Positions 12,591-28,698 of a stretch of 64,000 nt of DNA are shown here, in pieces. A model generated the notes under the pieces. It was not told the origin of the DNA, made no database searches, and saw only the letters and a list, made by a program, of their open reading frames with translations. The position numbers and the translations under genes are program-made. How positions within the stretch are numbered: the first letter of the stretch is position 1; each line of letters starts with the position of its first letter. The stretch comes from Chrysomallon squamiferum (Eukaryota; Animalia; Mollusca), in contig CM022677.1 of NCBI GenBank assembly GCA_012295275.1, positions 27,156,001-27,220,000 of the forward strand. The letters are read 5' to 3'.

Positions 12591-13131
12591 GTATGTGTGT
12601 GTGCGTGTGTGTGTGTTGTGTGTGTGTGTGTGTGTATTCGCGTTGATGTATCGCGACAGGTTAATATGACAAGCTTCATAAATTATTATCAGGCAAATGG
12701 ATATTTAAACTGACGTGAGGATGTAAGAATACTAATTGATGTATTTATTTATTTAACGTCCACTGGGAATTTTAAACATATTTTAGTACTTTTTTTCTTT
12801 TTTTTTTTTTTTTTTTGTATTTTATAATTTTTATTTTTTGTTATTTTTAATGTTTAATAATAATATGAGATATTTAAGTACCAGGAAGAAAAAGAGAAAA
12901 TAAAACAAATGGTGAATCTTAACATAGTAGGTTCTTCTTACGATTTTTCGACATTTTTCTCCGTGTCGTCTGCTGAGATCGACTGGAAAACTAAAGAACG
13001 TTGGCGGAGCGTTAAACACGTCTCCGGGGATTGACTGCACGCGCCGGCACGCGAGCTAATCCAGTGGCACGCGCACTGTAGCAAATTGCAGACGGCATAA
13101 AATCTGGCAATTAGAACTTTCATTACATAGG

Positions 13132-13162
<31 letters not shown>

Positions 13163-13682
13163 CGTTCTTTTCCTTATCGTGTTTCTTCTTCCTTTTATCT
13201 GTTTATTTATTTTTAATTTTCGTTATCTTGTTCCTTCTTCCTTTTATTTATTTATTTATTTATTCATTTGTTTATTAATATTATTATTAATATTATGATT
13301 ATTATTATTATTATTGTATATATCTTTTTTCTGCAAAATGTTTTCTTTTAATTTTATTTATCTTATTCTTCTTTTATTTACTTTTTATTTTTTATTTATT
13401 TTTTATTTTACAGTACGTCTTTATTCATTCATTCATTCATTTTCTTGTTTATTTACTTCTTTTTTTTTTTGTTATGACTTCTGTTTCGATGTTTATTTTT
13501 GTACAAATTACTAATTCGTCACAAAAACTACATATAATAATTATAACGAATGTGTAAGAAAACAGACTTATCTACGAGTAAACAGGACAAAAACCAGAGT
13601 GTAAAATAAACAATTTACTACATGAAGTCCCAGGGCGAGAAAGGGGATTTCTGAATTCTAATTCAATCATTCTTACATATGA

Positions 13683-13722
<40 letters not shown>

Positions 13723-14524
13723 GCATAATGTTTATTTATTAATTATAATGGTTATTAAATTAAGTATGTGTGTGTTTCTGTGTGTGTGTGTGTGTGTGTG
13801 TGTTATTTGATTTTTATATTTAAACATACACACACATATACACAAACATGCAGGCACATGTTTACGAACATGTATATAATGTATATTATTATTTTTATAC
13901 ACACACCCACACACACACACACATATATATATATATTAATTTATTTTATATATACACACGCACGCGCACACGCACACATATCTATATACAAAATTACCAA
14001 TGTTTATTAACCCTGAAACTGACGATACATTCCCCTTCCTGAAAGCTGTCAGTTTTGAAACTATCATTTAATCTTCTTATTTTCCTCGCCTCACCTTGAC
14101 ATCCATTTTATTTTCTAATTTACAATGGAGGACAATCAGCGCGTAAGCAACGCCCGAGTTTATTATTTTAAAATTTTTTAAAATAAATAATAAAAAATGT
14201 TTTACTGAATTTTTATAATGTAAAAAAAGGGGAGATGTACAGATGCGTGTGTTTGTGTTGGGGGGTTGAGTTTGTGTTTGTCTGTGTGTGTATTTTAATG
14301 TGCGTATGTAGTTGTGACTGTGTGAGTTTATGTATGTATTAGTATATCAGTTAATATCTGTATGTGTCTGTGTATGTGTGTGTATGTCTGTGTATATATA
14401 TATATATATATAAACACACACATTCGGACATACATTCATTGTAGTAATAATAGAAGTCGTGATGATTCTAGTTGCTATTATCATTACTGCTGATGATGTA
14501 CGTATATATGTCTGTGTGTTTATA

Positions 14525-14569
<45 letters not shown>

Positions 14570-14665
14570 GGACATATATAGAAATATAATGTAAATGAAT
14601 TAATGAATATTATTAAACCTGGATATTTAAATGAAAGCATTTTAACAACAAATAGCAACAATTAT

Positions 14666-14745
<80 letters not shown>

Positions 14746-15735
14746 AAACTAGATATAAAAAAGAAAACGAGAATGACTAGAAATCGATTGTGTCTGTATA
14801 TCTGCTGATTTATGACATCTCGATACACTCAAAAGAAGAAACACAATTTTGAAGAGCTGTCATAACTTTAAAAAAAAATAATAACCGCAATGCCTTCAGA
14901 AAAATATTCATTTTATGGCTACAACTGCTGCAGCTACTACTACAACTACTGTTAATACTGCTACTATGCTAGTACTAAATGTCACCGCTGCTGCTACTAA
15001 AATTGCTGCTATTGTTACTACTAAAAGCAATAACCAGAACAATAAAAAAAATAAACTACTAGTAATATTATAACAATAACAATAACAACAGCAAAAACCA
15101 AAATAATGAATAATAAACAAAATAAATAAATAAATAAACTTCTTTGAAAGCTAAAGTAATTTTATTTATTATCACCTTAATTTATTGTGACATTCTGTAA
15201 TAGAGAATTACCAGTATCATTCTTTACACAACAAACAAAAGCCTGTTTCCCCATAAACATAAAAAACATTTTTTTTTTTTTTTTTTTTATCCAGGTGCGT
15301 TGTTGTTACTGTACATTTTTCTTCTACGTTATCGCATCGTTTACAGCCACAGTTCTGTTAATAAAGACTGCGTTGTTTTTCTTGTCATGTTTTTCGCCAA
15401 TAAATATTACTGAATGAGAACGCCAGTTTTAGCAGGAACCAGGCAGAAAAGAAGTATCGATAAACACGTTGTAATCACGTGCTCTGTCGGTCTCGTCTAC
15501 GCGAGATCTGTAAACTGATTGTCGAGGCTGTCAACAGATAATCCCCCCCCCCTCTGATCGAGACTTCGTTTAGTTTAACGTTTTCGTGAAGGAAAATGGC
15601 TGCCCATCAATAGTATAGCAGACGACAACAAATAATAATAAGAAGAAGAAGAAGAAGAAGAAAGAAAGAAATAATAATAATAATAAAAAAAAAATAAATA
15701 AAAGAAAGAAAGAAAAAAAAGAAAAGAAAGAAAGA

Positions 15736-15766
<31 letters not shown>

Positions 15767-16092
15767 TCGAAAATATTTCTGAGAAAGGAAATTAAAAAAT
15801 ACAACTGAGATGTGAATTTAAAACTTAATTTTACAGACACATGTCCGTCTTTTATTTAATTTTCGTATTTAATATTTTAATATTTTAACCTATCTCTCTC
15901 TCCAATTTATCTCTCAGTGTAAATACTATTTTGAAAGCTCATATTTACAAATATTAATAAATATAAGTGTGTTGTTTGTTGGGTTTTTTTTGTTGTTGTT
16001 GTTGTTTTTTTTCATTGTTTTTTTTAGTGTTTTTTTTTTTTTTTTTTTTTCACGAAATATTTAATTTTGTCTTTTTCGTCTCTTCCTCACAG

Positions 16093-16175
16093 GTTGTGCT
16101 TTTTTAACTTACTCATCACGTGATAGTGCTCTGAAAGCTCAAACTGCTCTGCACGAGCAGAAAACTCTGCCTGGG
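16093..16175 (+). CDS. CELF4: CELF coding exon 2 (83 bp; missed by the ORF track)
   Basis: cctcacag|16093, 16175|gtgagt. (G)[27 protein letters not shown] completes RNP1 (KGCAFLTY). Confidence 0.95.
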
Positions 16176-16440
16176 GTGAGTACGATATTTTTGCGCATGC
16201 TCATTTTCAACTTCCTACACGTCATAGCCAATGATAACGTGTGACCATATTAATGATGTTTTTCATTTCTGGTAGAAATAAACTCTTTATTTAACACACG
16301 CACGCACGCACACACACACACACAAATCTACAGGTGTTTTTCATTAGTCATCCTGATAATCTATTGTAGTTAACCCTAGAGACCTACATCTGCAGATCGT
16401 GGGTTCAAATCCTGATGAAGGATTCACTAGTTCTTTTCTA

Positions 16441-16471
<31 letters not shown>

Positions 16472-17221
16472 GGAGGATTCATCAAATAAATCATCAAAAT
16501 ATTTACTTTCTTACTTATTTATTTATTTATTTATTTATTTACGTACTTTCTTACCTATCTAGTAATTTTGTTACTTATTTATTTACTTCCTACCTTACTT
16601 ATTTACATACCTTTTTTTTACCTTTTTTTAATTCTTTTAATATTTTATTATGTATATTATTTTTTATTTTTTATTTTTTATTTTTTATGTTTATATTTAT
16701 TATCATTATTATTATTTTTAATACCATTCAGACAGACAACCTTTATTAAAATTAATAGTTATGACGCTTAACTTATTGGTATATACGTTACCAAAGAAAC
16801 AAGAGTAAAAGTTATCTTGTCTATCATTCACGAAACGATATCCATAAGAAAAATGACAACTTCATGTCTCTCATCCACTGTACGGGTTTTGTTTGAAATT
16901 TCTGTATACGAATTGACGTCATAATGTATTATGTAATAAGAAAAATTACGTTTCCTGTAGCTTCAAAGTTTTGCTTTAGAATTCTCTATACTAAATGACG
17001 TCACAATATGTTGTTACGTAATTAGGAAAATAACTTATTTTATGTCTTTCCTCAAACACACTTCACCATTAAAAGATTATAAAATATGTTGATAAAGGTC
17101 AAAATTATGTGACGTAAAAGTACGTGAAAATTAACTTTTTTCATATTATTGGGTGTTGTTTGTTTGCGCGTGAAAGAGAACATATATATATGTATGTGTT
17201 AGTGTGTGTGTGTGTGTGTGA

Positions 17222-17258
<37 letters not shown>

Positions 17259-17798
17259 AGAGAGAGAGAGAGAGAGAGACAGAGAGAGAGGGTCAGAGAG
17301 AGAGAGAGAGAGAGTAAAATAGAATTATTACTCCTATTTGCATAATTAATTCTTTAGACTTTTCACTTGCATCACCATATACACTCATTAACTAAAAATA
17401 CCTACAACAGTAATTTCTTAAATATACAGAACACTTTTCATACATATCAATATCACTATGGTAACACTTTAAAACATCAATAAATAATTCACTCACCTGG
17501 ATTTATATAAAATAAGTCACTTTTTTAGACGTACATTTAACAATATATAAAAAAACAATAACTTTGAAGAATATAAAACTTTAAGTTGTACTGTTGTGAG
17601 AAAACTTGAAAAATAATAAAAAGACCAGAAGCAAAATAGTAATAAAAATAAAATAACATTTGGAATTAAATAAATTAAATAGCGTTTTTCACATACCATA
17701 AAATGAACATTTACAATACATAAACGATCATTAACAAAATATATTCAGACGTCTGTTAATGTTTCTTTAACAATAAATAAATAAATATAGTATACACG

Positions 17799-17867
<69 letters not shown>

Positions 17868-18087
17868 CAAACATACGAATATATGAATAATTAAATAAAA
17901 AAACAAACAAAAAACAAACACTGTTGGAAATAAATAAAATAAATGTCTACACCTAAAAAAAAAAAAAAAAAAACATAAAAATATTGAAAATAGAGTTAAA
18001 CTACTTTGACAAGCGTGAAACTCAAAACATTAAAATCAAATGAAAATACTGAATATATCTAGAAGTTCTGCGTCAATATTTACCGTG

Positions 18088-18143
<56 letters not shown>

Positions 18144-18444
18144 TTTGACACAAAGTAAAACAATGTTTAATAATTTACTAAGCAGGTTTATAACGAAATA
18201 ATCAAATGGAACTATTCAGAATACATTTAGAATCTTTCTTTGATTCACGACATGTATAAACTTCAACGCTAAATAAAATAAACACTTTGACGTTTACAAA
18301 ACATGTTTAGACTACCTGTTTACATCAGCACAGTTCAGTTTCACAATAAATTAATAAAACGGTTGCGTTGAATTATACAAAATGTTTGTTGTTTTGTTTT
18401 GGGTCTTCACAGTATAACATGCCACTGTTTTGAAGCATTAGTAA

Positions 18445-18475
<31 letters not shown>

Positions 18476-19452
18476 TTATGTTGATATATTAAGAATAAAA
18501 TTTAACAGCATGCAATAACAATAAGGTTTTATGATGTTGTTTGTACAACAAACAAAAAGTTAAAATACACGTTTCCTGTTTACATCGATTACACACCAAG
18601 AATCTAAATATCTATCGCAGAAATCTGATAATAAATAAATAAATAATGGTAAAATATAAATAAAGAGAATAGTAAATAAATAAATAATAGAAATAAATAA
18701 ATAAATAATAGTAATAAATAAATAAATAGAATAGTAAATAAATAAATAATAGAAATAAATAAATAAATAAATCAAGAGAATAAACAAAGAAACAAAGAAA
18801 CAGAAATATAACTAAATAAATAAATCAAGAGAATAAACAAAGAAAGAAAGAAAGAAAGAGAATAATAAATAAAGAAATAAAGAAAGAAAGAAAGAAAGAA
18901 AGAAAGAGAATAATAAATAAATAAAAAGTCAGTCAGTCAACAAATATAATTTTTTAGTTTTTTTTTAATGTGTGTGTGTGTGTTTTCTGAATTCATTGTT
19001 TACATATATCGGTACTTTTCCATTTGTCGACATTTCTGAAACAAACAGATTTTTTTTTTTTTTTTTTTTATTTTATTTTAGCTTCAGCACACTTGTAACA
19101 ACCCGCGCGTACTAACCCAGAATGTTAACATTTGCCGGGAGCAAAAAAATAAAGTAAAATAAAATGACCGCAGCGCCATTTTGTTCTCAACATCTAAAAG
19201 TACAGATACTATTTTCCTGAAGGCAGATCTTGTAGAATGTTCTAATTGGAATGGTGTTGAAAGCAGAAAAATACAGAAATAGTCTAGAATTATTTTTATT
19301 TCGTTTGATTTATATATCATTTCTGTGTGTGTGTGTGCTTGCGTGTTTTTATAAATTTACATTAATTAATTTTGTGTATTATTGTATAAATTCATATAAT
19401 TATTATAACATAATATTGTTACTTCTGCTACTACTACAAATAATACAACTAT

Positions 19453-19526
<74 letters not shown>

Positions 19527-19575
19527 TTGCTATTGCTACTATTATTATTATTATTATAAACGAAATATCTGCATT

Positions 19576-19653
<78 letters not shown>

Positions 19654-19838
19654 GAATTTAGAGCATAGATACTCACTAAAGGCGCCTATAAACGAAATAA
19701 TAAAAGTAATGAAAAGACGTCTGGTCAAAACAACTTTGTTTGGTAATTTCACGGAACCTTGGTTTCGTTAAAACACTTTTCTGTTTTATATTCCTGAAAT
19801 GATTTTCTAGATTTTTATAGCTCCATAGAGTGGTCTTC

Positions 19839-19902
<64 letters not shown>

Positions 19903-19969
19903 TATACACACACAATATTACATGTGTAGATATATACAACGTTAACAATTATGTTTACAGAAATATAAA

Positions 19970-20026
<57 letters not shown>

Positions 20027-20545
20027 CCATGCGCTACAGAAATTAATAATCTTCACAGCAGTAATTATGAAAAGCTGCACCTGTACACGTGTTAAATGAG
20101 AGTCTGCACGTGCAGATTGTTTACTTCTTGAGAAAAAAGAAATTGTAAACAGCCACGCGCGCGTTTGACGTCATTCCGTAAAGTCAGTGGTAACTCATTG
20201 TTACGTCATAAAACACAGTTAACATGGAAACAGAGGAAAAGATAAAATCATTGCGCTGGTGTAATTTGGTGAAAAACTACTGCATAATTTCCCGTTCCTA
20301 CCAATACCGCACAAAACAATTTGTCGGTTGTTTTGTATGTGCTTTTTCACCTGGTTGAATAAAATATATTTTTCTTGTCGTTCATTATAAGCAGCCTAGC
20401 TGAGACTGCAGTGTATTTATTTTTATGTTGGAAATTGTTAAATTACTGCTTGTGTTTAATCGTCATAATCATTACTACTACTGCTGCTGTTTCTGCTACC
20501 ATTATTTATTATGATTACTTTTGTTGTTGTTCTTGGTGATACTGC

Positions 20546-20609
<64 letters not shown>

Positions 20610-20741
20610 TATTTATTTATTATTATTTATTTTATTATTATTTATACTATTATTATTTATTTTATTATTGTTGTTGTTCAATTATTATTATTATTATTTA
20701 TAATATTATTATTATTTATATTATTATTGTTGTTGTTATTC

Positions 20742-20781
<40 letters not shown>

Positions 20782-20851
20782 CTATTCAGCTGTTGTTGTT
20801 GTTGTTATTATTGATATTGTTAACTACTTCTTCTTCTACCACTACTACTAT

Positions 20852-20889
<38 letters not shown>

Positions 20890-21194
20890 TCATTACTACA
20901 CGCGTGTAACACAAGACACGAAACACTGGTTGGAATGTGTGACAGATCATTAGACTCGTCAACGGCGATCGATCCCGCGACTCCTCGGGGCTGGGGTCTG
21001 TGTTTCCAGCCAGCAAACAGCAAATCCGTCCGTTCACTGCTAACAGTAACTAATCTAGTTATCATAACAGAATAAAACTGATAATTTACTGACAAAAACG
21101 ATGTTGCCGTAGGCGCAGAGCTAATATTACCAGTGAGAAGCGTGAGCTTCACACGAAACGAGGTATTGACTCGTTTTAGAGCGTGCTGAGTACT

Positions 21195-21515
<321 letters not shown>

Positions 21516-22990
21516 GTGTGTGGGCGAGAGAAAATGAGACAGAGACAAAGAGACAGAAACAGAGACAGAATGGATCTCTTCAGATACATCTATAATTCTG
21601 AATGAAACGAAAGGAAAGAAAAATAAAAGGAACGAAAATAAAATTTAAAAAAAAACTTAGCAAGTAATTCATTTTCTTTTTATTTTTTTTTTTTTATTTT
21701 TTTTTTTTTTTTTTTTTTTTTTCGCGAAATCTCCCGAGGTTTAACAACTTCATTCCCGTTCTAAAAATCATTACACTGAACTTGCCCGCTTACAACGTTA
21801 CCTTCAGAGATGACGTAAGCATAGAGAGGCGAATTTCATGGCGCGGGGAGGGGGGTGTCACGAGTCCTGTTTCTCCGTCCACCCTGCTGCAGCAATCACA
21901 GCGCGGGAAATCATCAAGTGACGTCTGCTACATTTCACGAACTCATTAAAATTCCATTTCGACGTCTCGCGTTTGTTGTCAAAGCTTTCAAACCTCTCTG
22001 CTTATAGATTTCAACTTTGCAAATAATCGATTTTATCAACAAAATGTCAATCATGAATAACGCTTGTTTGATTCTTGTTTTGTTTGGAGTCAAATTCCAA
22101 TTTATTAAAAGTGTCTGAGAAAGCCTCGCTGACACAGAACATGTTCCTTTTTTTACAATCATTTTATTTCGATTTTGAATAGCGAAACTACTGGCAAATC
22201 GGTGGACACCGTATAAATATGTCTGAAAGCGATAAATACGTCTAATATTGATGTATTTAAAATTACTTGTGTTCTATTTCGAGATATATTTAAATTAATA
22301 CTCGGTTCTGCTATTTATTTACATGCATTTTTGGTGAGGCTATTTATTCATTTATTTATTTATTATAGCTTTTTTGTTTGTTGTTTTTTCGTTGTTTCTT
22401 TTTTTATTATTATTTATTTACTTTTTGGACGTTTGCACTGAATCTCATTTATTTAGATTTTATTTATTTAATTTAATTTAATTTAATTTAATTTAATTTA
22501 ATTTAATTTTATTTTATTTTATTTTATTTTATTTTATTTTATTGCATTTTATTTCATTATATCATTCTCTTTATTTCGTTTCCTCATTATATATTTTATT
22601 GTCATTCATTCATTCATTCACATATCTTTCTTTATGCTGTACTGTTCAAATAAAAATCACGGAACGGAAAATTATATTTGTCGTCAATATAAACCTGGTT
22701 TGTAGCGCTTTGCCAAAATGTTAATAAGTACGGGAACTCTATTGATCCGTACGGCGTTACGGTATTAACGATAACAGGTAAAAAGCCATATTATACCGGA
22801 AGCCGCCATTGGCTCGCGCGTGTAAATCCGAGGCTATTGATTTCTTATTTGAGCGAGACTCGTTCGCTCGACACGTGACAAACAGAGGCGGTTTGGTAAC
22901 AGCGAAACAGTAATTACTAGTGACACAGCTTCCTTCACACGAATTAATTTGTTTCTGGTTTTCAGTCTTTAACTTTAATTATTAGAGAAC

Positions 22991-23047
<57 letters not shown>

Positions 23048-23624
23048 TTCTCTTTCTCTCTCTCTCTGTCTAGGTATATCATTCTATATCTTTATATCTT
23101 ATTCTTTTTTTATCATTCATCTATCTTTCTATCTTATTCTTTTTTTTTCTTTCGTTCTCTATATGTATCTTTCCATCTCCCTCTCTCAATCCCAAAACTC
23201 CCTATCTAACACACACTCATACACACATACACAAATAATAATAACAACAACAAGTGTCCTGTTTTCTTAGTTTGCTGCTGAAAGCTTTTCTACAACAACT
23301 AATACTACTACAGCTAATGCTACTACTGTATTATTTTTATTACTACTGTTGATATTATAACTTCTGCATCTACTACTACCACCACAGTTTTGTTAATAAA
23401 ATTTTTATCTTTTAGGTACGAATATTATATTTATCACGATCATCAAATCAAAATATGGACTTGAATGATTATATCTGTACCTAAATATACAGAGTTCATG
23501 CAGAATGTTTTCTTTTTAAATACCTTTTATGCTTTTGAATCTTTTCTTTATTATTATTATTATTTTTTTATTAACTGTTCTATTTATTATATTTTGAAAA
23601 AAAATAAAACTAATTAATTTATTT

Positions 23625-23627
23625 ATA

Positions 23628-23692
<65 letters not shown>

Positions 23693-23761
23693 AGAAAGAA
23701 AAGAATCAAGAAAAAAAATCGAAAATTGTAAACAAAAAAACAAAAAATAATTAAAAGTAAA

Positions 23762-23797
<36 letters not shown>

Positions 23798-23880
23798 ACA
23801 GAAAGAAAATATCTAAAATTTTAAAAAAAAAAAAATCGAAAATTGTAAACAAAAAAATAATTAAAAAAGTAAAATTATAT
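23625..23880. repeat. Imperfect tandem duplication, (ATT)n + AACAGAAAGAAAA...AATCGAAAATTGTAAACAAAA...
   Basis: The block at ~23690-23765 recurs at ~23797-23877. Confidence 0.8.
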
Positions 23881-24183
23881 ATTTCCGACCTGCTCCTGAT
23901 TTCGAAATCGACATGTTCCAAATTAAACCGGTCGCGTTACGTTTCGCCGGGCAGAAGCGAAGTTAATTGGAAGAATTCCGCAACCCGATGCGTTCTGCGC
24001 TCGGCTGCGGCGCGTGCCCAGCGCGTGCTCGAGTCGAGAAGTTCAAGCGATTTAAAATGATGCGTTAACGGAATCAAACGTGGCACCGACGCCAGGGTAT
24101 TTAACTCTAAATTACCTGAGTAATTTATTTCTGCCTACAGATGGCGGTTTAGCTCTGTGGCCCATCGCAAATAAATTACTTTA

Positions 24184-24223
<40 letters not shown>

Positions 24224-24273
24224 CAGACGCACACACATTGTATCTATCTAAACTATCGTAGATAAATAGATAA

Positions 24274-24316
<43 letters not shown>

Positions 24317-24363
24317 CACACATAAACATATTCACACACACATAAACATGTACACAAAACATG

Positions 24364-24399
<36 letters not shown>

Positions 24400-24756
24400 C
24401 AGACACTTAAACACACACACCCGCACACACAAACCATTCCCAAAGAACCGCATCAAAATTAGGGGCGTAGTCTGGAACAGGAAATGAACTAACTGGTCTC
24501 TGTAGATATTTGATCCAGCGAGCTGTTACTTTTTACTCAGTGACCTTCGACCCCACTCTAGGATGTCAGTGTTAAATATGAAATATCTGTCGTATTTTTA
24601 CATAAATACTTTCTGCGTGGGCGCCATTTTTTTTTTTAATTTTTTTTTTTTTTTTTTTTTTTTTTTCTTTCTTTAACCTGACAACTATGTTGGTTATAAA
24701 TAAAATAAAATCACTTATCTATGTAACAGAAGTTTTAAATAACTATGTTCACAAAA

Positions 24757-24789
<33 letters not shown>

Positions 24790-26022
24790 ATTTCCGTTCA
24801 AATCGATAACATCAAACGGTTAAAAATAACTACTACCAAAAAACATTGGACTTTTTTTTTTTTCTTTTTTCTTTTAATGAAAACTGATTTTTTTTTCTTC
24901 GGTAAATTATATCAAATAAACAATCTAAATCATCATTTTTATTCCTGAAAAGATGAAAATCGACAACATAATCTGATACTGGATTACTTCCACAAAATAT
25001 ATTTCTGATATTTTCATTCACTAAGGAAAAACTATCTATGTAATAGGTCATATCTATGACGTTGATCTCAGTAAACTATCTGTCGAAACAAAACGATCAA
25101 TACTTACAATAATAAAGAAACAATAATAAAATTTATTAATAATAACAACAACAACAACAGTAATAAAAAAAAAATGAAATGTATTTGTTAACTTGTATAT
25201 TTTTGTTGGTACAAAAAGTAAATTTTAAAAATATACATTCATACATACATACATACATAATTACATACATATATACATAAATACATACATACATACATAG
25301 ACAGATAGAACTTACCAAATAATTTAAAATGGGTAAAATAATCGATATTACGATACCTTTATCATTAACGCCATTTTTTTTTTTTTTTTTTTTTTTGACG
25401 TTTCATAGTAAGCACTGTTGACGTCATATCATTGTGACGTCATCAGAATTAAGTAAGTTTACTGCGGTATTTACTCATTTCATGCTTCAAAAAAAATCAT
25501 TCATTAATTAACACATGAAGTATTTGTTATTTTGATTTTGCGAAATGAACTGGAAATAACGATAATTAATAATAATCAGAGTTACTTCCAGGCTGCACGG
25601 TAAGAAGAAAGATATATTTACTCGTTTCGTAAAGTACAAGTTTCTGTAAACAGAAATTAATTATTACTGTGTAAGATTAATTTACCTCTTTTTTTCTTTT
25701 AACTTTACCATTTTTAGGTTTGTCTGCTTGTTTTTTTTCTTTTTTTTCCACATCCAAAATTTCAACAAACTGCTTTGAAATATTTCAAAATAAAAGGAAT
25801 TTGTCTACCATCTGTCTGTCTTTCTTTTTCTGTCTGTCTGTTCTTTGTCTCTCTATCTCTCTCTCTCTCTTTTCGTCCATCCATCTTTATCTTTTTCTTT
25901 CTATTTGTCTCTCTATAACTAGTCCAGGCAAATAATAATAATAATAATAATATAGAACTAATAAGGAAAGGGTTACACACTTCTACTATTACAATTACTG
26001 TGATTAATATTAACTGTTATAA

Positions 26023-26110
<88 letters not shown>

Positions 26111-26296
26111 AAACAGAATGTTTCAAATGGTTGACATGTGTTTTTTCTTCTCTTACTACTAACCAACTGACATATCTGAAGTGTGGTCAAGTGGACACAT
26201 GCAGGTTAAACCAAACGATAAACTGCTCAAGTGATTAATATTATAATTACTGAGAATTGCAGAATACAGAAGCAAAGTCTAGTAATCTGTGCTTCA

Positions 26297-26372
<76 letters not shown>

Positions 26373-26643
26373 AGAAGAAGAAGAAGAAGAAGAAGAAGAA
26401 GAAGAAGAAGACAGGGGAACAGAGAGAGGAGAGAAAAGAAACAGAAAAAGAAGACAAAAAGAAGAGAAAGAGAAACAGAGTAGAAAATATTATAAATGTG
26501 TATTTAGAAAACTGACACAATATAAATTGCATCACATCATCAGATGATCAGTTCTAAGCCTGAGATGTGTATGTAAAACTATTACAGTCACAATCAATAA
26601 ACAAAATAAAATCTGAAACTAAGAAATACTCTGATAGCAGAAT

Positions 26644-26732
<89 letters not shown>

Positions 26733-27197
26733 TCCAGGTGGACCCCTCTCTTAAACACTCCCCCACCTATAGACCACCACCCCACCTCAATACACAGATA
26801 CTCCATACCTATCTTTTCACCTGTAATAACAAAACAAAACAAACAAACAAACAAATAAATAAATAATAACGTACACCTGTCTGACATGAAAATCTGATCT
26901 GTCTGTTACTGGCAGTTTGAGAACAGTCTTGCTGTTGTTAACAGTCAGTTAAAGATTTAGTTCACAGCCCTCAGGGTCAGCAGAACGAGAGAAATCAATA
27001 TTAAACAGATCTTAGCAAGCTCTGTCTCCAATCACAAAGAAAACTGTGCACTCCCCTGATGGCCACATTGTCATCACGATGCTGTGAATGTGACCTTTGA
27101 CCTTTTCCTAACAACTTCTTACGTAAAAACATTTTTTATTTATAAATATTCAATTTTTTATATTTTTTTATTGTAACAACCTCAACAAAGCTTTTCT

Positions 27198-27272
27198 TCC
27201 AGTTTTCATTGTAATTATTCCAGTTTTCATTGTAATTATTCCTGTTTTCATTGTAATTATTCCAGTTTTCAT
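27198..27272. repeat. 21-bp minisatellite, ~3.5 copies (TTCCAGTTTTCATTGTAATTA)
   Basis: Directly visible. Confidence 0.9.
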
Positions 27273-27995
27273 TAGAGCTATTCTATTTGTATTTGTAACT
27301 ATATCATTATTTTCCTCACTGTTCAAAAATTAGTTAAACCGTTATTCCATTTATTGCAATGTTCCATCTTTCCGAAATCTGTTCCTTTTTCTAGAACTGG
27401 TCTAGTACAGAACTGTTTTATTTTTCTTCAATCTTTTCCATGTATTGAACTGTTTAATTGTGGAACTGTTACAATTTAGAACTGTTCTACTGTGGAAGTG
27501 TTTCATAACAGAATTTCTATTTTTAAGAAATCTTACCAGGATAAAACTGTTCTATTCTTCACATTTTAATCATGTCATGTAATAAAAATAATAAATAATT
27601 ATGATAATAAAAAGAAAAGAAACACTATTCTTTCAGTGTAGAAAAAATTCAGTTTTTCTAAACAATATTCAAGCAGAGATATGAGATGCTTTCAGTTAGC
27701 TGTTTAATTTATCATCTATTGTAGAATGTGGTAAATGCACAACTAACTAGTCTTTGTTACCACATTTGTAAGAAAGGGTCAGAATGTGTGGGTGTGTCTG
27801 TCTGTCTGTCTGTCTGTGTGTGTGAGATGCTTCTGTATGTCTGAGTTTGTTCTTAAGTAGGTCTGATAATACAAGTAGATTTGTAAGCTGGGTATCATAC
27901 ACACACACACTCACATACATACATGTATGGATATATGCTAGTGTCTGTAGATGTATGATATACCCATCTTTTTTTGCTGTGTATATGTATATATG

Positions 27996-28035
<40 letters not shown>

Positions 28036-28524
28036 ATGTTTATGGATATATATACAGTTGTGGTGTACATATCAATGTATGTGTACTCTATCTGTATTAC
28101 TGCAGCACAGCAGAACAAAAAAAAAGAAAAGAAAAGAAGTTAAAATTGTTTATTTATAGAAGAGATTTATCTGATTGTTTCTACAAGTTGAAATCCCTGG
28201 TTTTGAAGTCACACACTGAACTAATTATGTGAGAACTGATAGGGCAAACATAGGGGAGGGTTCCTCTTATTTTCTTTTTCTTATTCTGTATTTATTAGTT
28301 GTAGTAGTTGTTGTTGTTGTCATTGTTGTTATAATAGTAGCAGTATTAGTAGTTGACTAACAGTGGTAGTAATGTAAATAATAATATGTAAATAATAATT
28401 ATAATTATAATAATAATAATAACAAGAACAATAACATTAATAACAGTAATAATAATGATGATGATGATGATGATAACACTAATGATAAATATACAGCTGA
28501 ATGGTGTAAGTAATAATAATAGTA

Positions 28525-28559
<35 letters not shown>

Positions 28560-28667
28560 TAACAGAATAACAACAACAATAACAATATAAATAATAATAA
28601 TAGTATAAATAATAATTATAATAATAATACAAAATAATAATGATGATGATGATAAGAATAACAACAG

Positions 28668-28698
<31 letters not shown>

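Noticed and set aside
12591-12646. ORF-track continuation of CELF exon 1 (MCVCVCVCC...)
   Set aside because: Read-through past the gtatgt donor into an intronic TG repeat.
16350-16425. Possible tRNA gene (GGTTCAAATCC T-loop motif)
   Set aside because: No convincing A box, acceptor stem or cloverleaf; at most a SINE relic.
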